64,000 nt of DNA. Source: Eledone cirrhosa. Taxonomy: Eukaryota. The notes beneath the pieces are model-generated. The model was not told where the DNA came from and did no database searches. It was given only the letters and a program-made list of their open reading frames with translations. The translations under genes and the position numbers were made by a program. Within the stretch, counting starts at the first letter, position 1. The number at the start of each line of letters is the position of its first letter. Positions 54,526-64,000 of the stretch are shown here, piece by piece. The stretch lies in assembly GCA_964016885.1 (NCBI GenBank), contig OZ024748.1, positions 9,300,001-9,364,000 of the forward strand, read 5' to 3'.

Positions 54526-55360
54526 AATCTGTCACCCAGTTTAACATCACCAACTGGTCTTTGGGTGGTAGACTTATTCTGTCACCCAGCTTAACATCAC
54601 CAACTGGTCTTTGGGTGGTAGACTTAATCTGTCACCCAGTTTAACACCACTGCCTGGTCCTTGGCTGGTAGACTTAATCTGTCACCCAGTTTAACATCAC
54701 TGCCTGGTCCTTGGCTGGTAGACTTAATCTGTCACCCAGTTTAACACCACTGCCTGGTCCTTGGCTGGTAGACTTAATCTGTCACCCAGTTTAACATCAC
54801 TGCCTGGTCCTTGGCTGGTAGACTTAATCTGTCACCCAGTTTAACACCACTGCCTGGTCCTTGGCTGGTAGACTTAATCTGTCACCCAGTTTAACATCAC
54901 TGCCTGGTCCTTGGCTGGTAGACTTAATCTGTCACCCAGTTTAACATCACTGCCTGGTCCTTGGCTGGTAGACTTAATCTGTCACCCAGTTTAACATCAC
55001 TGCCTGGTCCTTGGCTGGTAGACTTAATCTGTCACCCAGTTTAACACCACTGCCTGGTCCTTGGCTGGTAGACTTAATCTGTCACCCAGTTTAACACCAC
55101 TGCCTGGTCCTTGGCTGGTAGACTTAATCTGTCACCCAGTTTAACATCACTGCCTGGTCCTTGGCTGGTAGACTTAATCTGTCACCCAGTTTAACACCAC
55201 TGCCTGGTCCTTGGCTGGTAGACTTAATCTGTCACCCAGTTTAACACCACTGCCTGGTCCTTGGCTGGTAGACTTAATCTGTCACCCAGTTTAACATCAC
55301 TGCCTGGTCCTTGGCTGGTAGACTTAATCTGTCACCTAGTTTAACACCACTGCCTGGTCC
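54526..55360. repeat. 50-bp minisatellite (aatctgtcacccagtttaaca[c/t]cactgcctggtccttggctggtagactt)n, about 16.5 copies
   Basis: Direct reading; the first two units are diverged. Confidence 0.95.
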
Positions 55361-56021
55361 TGAGGTGTCTTTATCAAAGATGACATTGTTGCAAGCGTTA
55401 AAATCTAATTTGGTTTGAGAGTGATTGCCTTCCTTCCCTCACCACCCCAGTGTTGGGAGGCCATGACTAAATGGGGTTGGAGTTGGGTGGAGGAAATTAT
55501 TTACCCAGTGTTTTCATCCTTGAAATATTGTTCTAAGGGAATTATAATTTGCACATCTGAGTCATCCTTGTTAATCAGCTTTACAATTTTAAACCTACTT
55601 AGGTCTTGCTTGATTTACAGCCATTTCTAGTTTTTATTTCATATTAGTTTGATGGTCTTCATATGTGTGTGTGTGTGTGGTTCTGTGAGTGCACACACAC
55701 ACACACACACACACAGAGTTCATGTAGCTAAATAAATGGATGCTGCCTCTGCACATTTATCGGCATTACTCATCTCTTTAGTTTTACATTTATATTCTAA
55801 GCAGAAATTGCTTGTCTCATACACACATTGTTGCTGCTTCTCTCGGTAGCAAGGTTCTTCTTTTTGTTTATGTCTTACACACAGACACACACATATATAC
55901 ATATGTGTGTTATATATAAATATATATAATGTGTGTGTTTATATATTTTATGCATATATAATTTTAGCTGTGTATTAATGTGTGTACGTATATATATATA
56001 TATTCTTATGATTATGAGTAC

Positions 56022-56076
<55 letters not shown>

Positions 56077-56190
56077 GAAACTGATACAATTGTGTGGTGG
56101 AAGAGACGTTTGAGCCATTTTATAAGCACACAAAACATTGGTACACACACTGATTCACACACGCACACATCTACCCCAGCCCCTTCACAC

Positions 56191-56242
<52 letters not shown>

Positions 56243-56631
56243 GTGTGTGTATGACGTGTGGATTAAATATATATATATATATGCCAACATCATCATCATC
56301 CCTGCTAGTAAGGGTTGGCTGGGTCACCACAGGCCATCTCAGTACTAGAGGCGGGGAACTATTTTGCTTCAATCCATTCCCCACATCTACAGAGTGCACC
56401 AGGTGCATACAGTGGCGGCACCAATACTACAGGGTGTGGTGTGCCCTTTCTTTATTACAACTTAACAGTCCTTTCAACTCTTCCTATCACCAACCACTTT
56501 ACAGAGTGTATCATGCCACCAACATTAGAGAGGTTGTTGTGTCATTGATACAACTGATGAGTCCTATAAATGTATGTTTATCTCATCATTATCGTTTAAC
56601 ATGTTTCCCTGCAGTATGGATAATACACACA

Positions 56632-56673
<42 letters not shown>

Positions 56674-57671
56674 GTATGTGTGTGTGTGTGTACCATTATG
56701 TCTCTCCTTAAATTGTCTTATACTCAACTTTCTCAATTTCTTTTATTAATGTATGTGTGTGTACATATATATTATAGATAGAACTATCTACATGTGTGTG
56801 TGTGTGTGTGTGTGTGCGCCTGTGCAGGTCTGTAGGTGTATAGCTTGTTTTATTAAATGTGTCTACACATGTAGAGAAATATATAATTCATGCTTCATTG
56901 GTATTTCGTTTTGCATATATAAAATATCAGACTTGGCTATTTTAAAACCTATTTTTAGAAATATGTTTAGTATGTTTGTTATATTATAAACTAGTGTTAT
57001 CTATAAACCAATGATGGAGTCTCTTGACGGTGACTTGATCTGTTAGAATTAACAGTTAAATGACACTCATCAGAATTGGAAGGAGATATTGTGTAAAACA
57101 GAAATATAATCGCACTTTTATTATTCTCTATAATCAATGTGTTTACATATAGTTTCCAAATTCCTATTAGGGTATATCTTCCTGTAAGGATGGGCAGATC
57201 TGGCTGTGTAGGGAAGTAGAGGAAAGGACTATGAAAGCTATAACATCAACAACAAAGAGCCTTATTAATAGGTGTAATATCTCTGATGTTATATTTGATG
57301 GAAGGTTTATTATCTCCCAGCCTCTACAGTGTTTACTGTCTCTCTGTTGCTAGGCAACACTCTTTACTATGGCAATACAGGATCAGTTCAATTATTTCTA
57401 CCTATAAGTTTCACAGTTGAAACTCCAACAGTCCACTAGGAATTTTATACTTTCACCTAAACTACCAGTAGTATACTAAAGTTGTTGTAACCAGTATATA
57501 ACTGGTACTTGACTCACACCCCTACCTTCTAAAATAATTTGTGATATTTTGCTTGTTAGAAAAAATACTTCTTCTCTACCTGCTCACCTCTCCCTCTTCA
57601 TCCCCTCCTCCTCCTCCTCCTTGGACAACATGCTTTACAACACATTGTTACATCCCTCTATATTCAGATAC

Positions 57672-57790
57672 CACTGAGGTTAACTTTGCTTTTCATCCTT
57701 ACGGGGTTGATAAAATAAAGTACCAGTAATGCACTGGGAGCCATTTAATCGACCCCCAAATTTTTGGCTTTGTGCCTAAATCAGAAACCA
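57672..57790 (+). mobile_element. SINE family A, 3' part
   Basis: gaggttaactttgcttttcatccttacggggttgataaaataaagtaccagtaatgcactggg. Confidence 0.75.
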
Positions 57791-57966
57791 CTATAGACTG
57801 TAATGGTTGTCAGAAAATATCTCAAATCTGGTTTGTTAATCAAATGTTTATAGTATTTTTTCTAGTGGACAGTTTGTTCTGGAAAATTGCAATAAACTAA
57901 ATTAAGGAGTCTATTTTTAATCTGCAGCAATCATAGTTCTGTTTTGAGCAAGTCTACCTTTTTAGT

Positions 57967-58431
57967 GTGGTTTCATGTGGTACAGGACTTTACTTTTGAG
58001 CTTCAAGATTGCCACTCCATCAGCTGCTATTGGCTTTCTTTTGAATGATATTGTAAACAGTGGTTTCATGTGGTACAGGACTTTACTTTTGAGCTTCAAG
58101 ATTTCCACTCCATCAGCTGCTATTGGCTTTCTTTTGAATGATATTGTAAACAGTGGTTTCATGTGGTACAGGACTTTACTTTTGAGCTTCAAGATTTCCA
58201 CTCCATCAGCTGCTATTGGCTTTCTTTTGAATGATATTGTAAACAGTGATTTCATGTGGTACAGGACTTTACTTTTGAGCTTCAAGATTTCCACTCCATC
58301 AGCTGCTATTGGCTTTCTTTTGAATGATATTGTAAACAGTGGTTTCATGTGGTACAGGACTTTACTTTTGAGCTTCAAGATTGCCACTCCATCAGCTGCT
58401 ATTGGCTTTCTTTTGAATGATATTGTAAACA
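57967..58431. repeat. 93-bp tandem repeat, 5 copies
   Basis: gtggtttcatgtggtacaggac...tgatattgtaaaca repeated with 1-2 substitutions per copy. Confidence 0.95.
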
Positions 58432-59142
58432 TTATTATTAATGAAGTATTTATAGTAGCTGTTTATGGCTTATCTTTATATAGCTCAGTTGAAAGATTAC
58501 AGATTAACTCAGTAGTTAAGCCTTTGTAAATAGCTTACACTACAATATTAACACCAGCTATTTTAAGGATGGGGTTCTTCTGGATAATTCTCTTCAGACA
58601 TCTTAGAAAAACTGATAAACCATTCATTATCAGCACCTCTCTTCATCATCATCATTATCAACAGATAATATTTGAGCCAGAATCAAACTAATTTCATAAT
58701 AGAACACTGATAGCCATTAAAACTGTTTCATTTAATTGTTTTTTGACTTTTTACCTTTCATCCTTCTCTAGTCGATAAAATAAAGTACCATTCAAGTACG
58801 GGGCTTGATTTAAACGAATTCCCCTTCTGCTAAAATTAGAAATCATTAATTATTATTGAAAGTAATTAGTAATTAATTGAAAGAAGCTGACTGAATTAAT
58901 AATTTCTGCTGCAGTGTATTACATTGTTTCTCTATAAGTTTAGGCAGCTTTAACAGATTGCTAGTCAACTTAGGTTGCTTCAATAGATTGCTAGTTAACA
59001 CACAATACATTGCCTCTCCATAAGTTTAGGTAACTTTTTCTTGGCATATGATTATTTGAAAACTCCTATTAAAATTTAATAATTCTTCCCCCTCTCCCTA
59101 TCTCTGTTAACCTGGCCTTCTCTCTCTTTCTATCATTCTCTG

Positions 59143-59173
<31 letters not shown>

Positions 59174-59302
59174 ATACCACACACACATATATATAAAGAC
59201 AGTATCCATTGAATGTGAAATTAATGAAATGACCAGCCATACAACAGTTCAATATGATCACAGTATTGCACTCATTAACTTCATATGTAAAGCCTATTGG
59301 TC

Positions 59303-59360
<58 letters not shown>

Positions 59361-59747
59361 TTAAATCAATCAACAAGAGTCCAGACATCATTCGCTTACC
59401 AAGTTTAGTAGAACTCATTCAGTCGGACCATGGAAACAATGTTTCCATTGGTCTTTCCATTGCTGATACTATCTACCAGTCACATATATATATATATATA
59501 AAATAAAATAATTAAGTCAAATGTGTAAAATTTAGCTTCGTTTATTATAAATTAAAGATGTACTGCTATATATATTTTGGTTACAGCCATCATTGGCTGT
59601 GACCTCTTCAGGCAGTCCGAATTGGTGTGGGAAAGACAGGTACACATGTTGTTGAAGTGTGTTTTACTCCGTCAATACATCGATATGTCCAGCTCCTGGT
59701 TGTGTTGTTATTCTTCTGAGGAACTGGAATCATATGATGATAAAATA

Positions 59748-60008
59748 TCATCCTCATCATTTTACGTCCACTTTTCCCTGCTTGCAAGGGTGGGACGGGT
59801 TCAATTCAGCACAACATCTCTCCATTCGTCATGGTCCTTCATCATCTCCTCCCTGAGCTTCAGCAATCTGAGGTCAGATCTCACCCTACCTCCGCCCATG
59901 CTTTTCGTGTCTTCCTTCCACCGGGATTTCTTGGCACTTCTTCACCCAGCGGTCATCTTCCATGTGCATCACATACCAACGCAGTCTTCTCTCCCACACA
60001 CTACAGTT
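59748..60008 (-). mobile_element. RTE LINE 3' end fragment
   Basis: Minus strand CSVWERRLRWYVMHMEDDRWVKKCQEIPVEGR, then the tail gtggacgtaaaatgatgaggatgat. Confidence 0.85.
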
Positions 60009-60285
60009 TGTATATACACACACATATAAATATTCAAATTGCCATTTATAAAAACATATGTTTGACAAAATAGTATTTTTAAAACTGTTTGTGCTAATAT
60101 CTAATTAAAACAATATTATTTTGATTGGGGAGAAAAAAATGATTTTTTGAAAGAAACATTGCCATTAATTTGAGAATATTCTCGTTTTCTTGTGTTTAAC
60201 ATAAAAACAACAATAGCCATACCAACATACCTATCTTCTGTGTGTGTGTGTGAATTATAGATTACAACTCCAAAGGTTAATTGGT

Positions 60286-60562
60286 TGTAGTAGTGGTAGT
60301 GGTAACAGTAGTAGTGGTGGTGGTAGTAGTGGTAGCAGTGGTGGTGGTGGTAGTAGTAGTGGTGGTGGTGGTAGTGGTAGCGGTGGTGGTGGTAGTAGTA
60401 GTAGTGGTGGTGGTGGTAGTGGTAGCAGCAGTGGTGGTGGTGGTAGTAGTAGTAGTAGTGGTGGTGGTGGTGGTAGTGGTAGTAGTGGTGGTGGTGGTAG
60501 TGGTAGCAGTGGTGGTGGTGGTGGTGGTAGTAGTAGTAGCAGTGGTGGTGGTAGTGGTAGTA
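60286..60562. repeat. (GGT/AGT)n trinucleotide repeat
   Basis: Direct reading; gives poly-G/S, poly-V and poly-H ORF artefacts. Confidence 0.9.
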
Positions 60563-61111
60563 TGTTAGTATGAAGTTAAACAAGTGGTATGCTACATTCC
60601 TTTCGTGGTGGTGTATCGATGCAATTATTTCAGACTTTACACTGTCTCCTTTATTGGAGGTCCATGCCTGCCTAATAAGTAATTATATGTTTATTACTGA
60701 GTATTGATTTTTAAAATCTGTGTCTAATCTAATTTCATGTTGAGCTTATTATCAATTTCCCTTCCATTCTGCATGGAGGAAGAAAGAAGAGAATCTGAGA
60801 TAATATGATAAAATTATTTACTTCGATTCATTTCAGTTCGTTGCTTGAGGAAAAATTAATCTTGATACTAAAAAATATTCTAACATAGACACATGTCCAG
60901 GAGTTTTTATTTTATATGACTGTAATGTTGGGTTAGTTGATTATATCAGCCCTAGTATATGACTGTTACTATATTTTATCAACCCCCAGAAGAATGAAAG
61001 GCAAGTGTGACCTTTGTGGAATTTGAACTCAGAATATCCACAACAAATCCTATAAAACACTTTCACTGATGTTTCACTTCTGATTGTAATAATAATATAA
61101 ATAGTAACAAT

Positions 61112-61303
61112 AATTGTTTCTACGTTTGGCACAAGGCCAGCAATTATCCAGTGCATTACTGGTACTTTATTTTATTGACCCCGTAAGGATGAAAGGCAAA
61201 GTTAACCTCGGCGGGATTTGAACTCAGAATGGCAAGGGCTGTAACTCTATGCGTCAAAGCATGGCGTCCGACCCTCTACCATTACTGCCAATCCACCGCC
61301 CTT
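61112..61303 (-). mobile_element. SINE family A, full length; flanked by further partial copies at ~60955-61040 and 61318-61414 in the same orientation
   Basis: Colinear with 27547-27736. Confidence 0.9.
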
Positions 61304-62825
61304 ATAAATAATAATAATAATTGTTTCTACTTTAGGCACAAGGCCAGCAATTACCCAGTGCATTACTGGTACTTTATTTTATCGACCCCGTAAGGATGAA
61401 AGGCAAAGTCAACCAAAATAATAATAATAATATCTGACTGTGATACAAGTTTGGGGATGGGTGCAGTCGATTTAACCTGCTGCCCACTCAGTTCTTCATT
61501 AAACAGCCAAGCCTGTGTGTGGCTACAGTATTATTTCCTCACTTCTAGAAGAATGAACTCAGTATGTAAAGGGACTTAACTATATTTTACTTTGCCACTC
61601 TACCATAATATACATTAAAATAACAATGGGATGATGATGATGATGTGTTTAATACTCTAGTAGTCAATTGATGATGATGTTTAAATACTGTGGTAGTCAA
61701 TTGATGATGTTAATGAAGATGATATGTTTAATACTGTAGTAGTCAATACGTGTGAACTATGTTTATGTTGACTCTATTTTCTTCCCCATCCAAATCATTC
61801 CGATGTATATTTATTAATCTGTCTGTAAATAGATTTTCTGATCAGTTGTTTGAAAGTGTCACACTTGTTAATGTGACACCAGAAAAGATGTGAGAGAACT
61901 TTTCAGTCATAGAAAGAATTAAGATGTTTATAAGACTAAGTGGAAAGTGTGCAAGATAAGCAGTTTATACAATAACCTGATTACTACTAGCAATGTTATG
62001 ATACAATCCTTATCTTCCTCAATCTTGTGACACTAAAATATTTACATTGAGAGAAAAAAAGGGGAGAGAGGTGGGAAGTATTGATTACTTTAGGAGGGGA
62101 ACCTTTGTTTTCTATATTACACACTTGTAGTGTTTAAATATTCACTCAACAACTGGTCCCTTTCAGAAACCTCTCTCTAGTTTTACTATTTAATGTTATA
62201 TATCTTTCTATTTAAAAAAAAACAAAGAAGTTAATCTCTGATGTTGGTAGCTTTTATTATAGGCTTATAGTTTAATCTGAGTAAATCTTCTGTGTACTTC
62301 ATATTATGTACTCCAAACTTGATACTAAAATACATTTACTATATTTTCCTGTGAAATATTTTTTCTCATTTGAATTGTTTCCATTTAAACAATTAATAAA
62401 AGGGATTATATTTTGATTAACTCACTGTCTGATTGTTTCTGGTCAGTTTATTCAATAAAAATCCAGTATTTATCTCACAAAAGTTACAACTGCTTACACT
62501 AAGCATTTATTTGTTTTATCAGGCAAATTATTTTGCATTTAGTTAGAGCTCTTCTTGTTTTAAGTTCAACTGCTACCATGGTCAACTTTGTCTTTCTAGA
62601 GATCAATAAAATGAAATACTAGTCAGATACTGGTGTCAATTTAATCAACTCACCCTCCTCAAATTGACGCCTTGATGCCTAAATTAAAAACCATCATTTA
62701 TTCTTTCAAATTCTTCTTGTAGTTTTAATTTTCTTATTCTAAGCTGTAAATTCTTTTACTTACAATGGAGAAATATTGAGAGAAAATATTTGGAGTCAGT
62801 GACTAATATTTTCTGTTTTTGCTGC

Positions 62826-63281
62826 TGTAGTACAGAAAACATTAGTTTATAACTTAGTAATATAACCAACTGTAAGTATAGAAAAGATTAGTTTATAACT
62901 TAGTAATATAACCAACTGTAAGTACAGAAAACATTAGTTTATAACTTAGTAATATAACCAACTGTAAGTATAGAAAACATTAGTTTATAACTTAGTAATA
63001 TAACCAACTGTAAGTATAGAAAACATTAGTTTATAACTTAGTAATATAACCAACTGTAAGTACAGAAAACATTAGTTTATAACTTAGTAATATAACCAAC
63101 TGTAAGTATAGAAAACATTAGTTTATAACTTAGTAATATAACCAACTGTAAGTATAGAAAACATTAGTTTATAACTTAGTAATATAACCAACTGTAAGTA
63201 CAGAAAACATTAGTTTATAACTTAGTAATATAACCAACTGTAAGTACAGAAAACATTAGTTTATAACTTAGTAACATAACC
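62826..63281. repeat. 46-bp minisatellite (gtaagta[t/c]agaaaacattagtttataacttagtaatataaccaact)n, about 10 copies
   Basis: Direct reading. Confidence 0.95.
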
Positions 63282-63908
63282 GTGAATATGATTCTGCATT
63301 TTTATAGCTGGATGCCCTTCCTAACACCAACCCCCATTTACAGTGTGTAAATATATATATCAGGATGGATTCAGTTTAGACCATTACTCAACAGAGTACT
63401 TGATACTTGAGGTAGTAGAGTATGGTTATATTAGGGGTCCTGACTCTTTATAATGTGTGTGTGTGTGATGGATGCTTAGTGGTTTAAAGGTGTAAATGCT
63501 CTTAATCAACATCCTTCAAAATATGCTTTAAATAGATAATCCTATTCCCTTTAATACAATAATTTACGGAGCCTTAGAAACTCTATCTCTGCTTGTACGC
63601 ATCACTGACTCTGCCTATAACTTGTCACATAATAGGAAATTATAGACTTAGTAATATTCAAACTACTACAGCTAACTCTTCATAAGCTTTCTTTTGTAAG
63701 ATCAACCACATTGTTTCATCATTTGTGTGTATGTGTACGTGTGAATACACACACACAGGCACCCGTTTTACGTGTGTTGTATTGAAGCAGATAATTATGT
63801 GTATACTCTGGGAATATATCCTACATTACCTATTGAGTACACTGAGATACAACCAGTCCTGGCATTGATAAATATGCTGGGTCCGTCAAATCCTTATTAT
63901 ATATATAT

Positions 63909-64000
63909 AAGGGCGGTGAATTGGCAGTATCGGTAGAGGGTTGGACGCCATGCTTTCTAGCATAGTTATGTCCCTTTACGGTCTGAGTTCAAATCCCGCT
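63909..64000 (+). mobile_element. SINE family A 5' part, runs off the window end
   Basis: aagggcggtgaattggcagtatcggtagagggttggacgccatgc...gagttcaaatcccgc. Confidence 0.85.

Noticed and set aside
57962-58529. Overlapping 156-aa (-) and 184-aa (+) ORFs with 31-aa repeats
   Set aside because: They arise from a 93-bp unit divisible by three; one or two open frames out of six is expected by chance and the peptides resemble nothing I recognise

Overview
Eukaryotic, AT-rich, repeat-dominated non-coding DNA. The SINE/LINE complement and (TA)n/(TATG)n microsatellite load are most consistent with a cephalopod (Octopus-like) genome; this is an inference from repeat families recalled from memory, not a database match. 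No intact protein-coding gene is supported, and nearly all ORFs in the track are microsatellite or tandem-repeat artefacts. The window holds decayed non-LTR retrotransposon fragments of four types (Tx1/L1-like, RTE, CR1/L2-like and a restriction-like-endonuclease R4/Dong-type), several tRNA-derived SINE families, two MITEs, about a dozen minisatellites, and an 11.8-kb 25-bp satellite carrying an apparently exact 3,820-bp internal duplication. The most striking signal is a set of short unique islands embedded in or abutting (TA)n tracts that fold into type I hammerhead ribozymes. These fall into at least four unrelated sequence families: one complete motif with a long stem II at 19150-19244 (-); a three-locus family at 5851, 19336 and 23147 that includes a head-to-head palindrome; and degenerate motifs at 18373-18464 and 31701-31738. 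This suggests microsatellite-associated, ribozyme-bearing Penelope-like or retrozyme-like elements.
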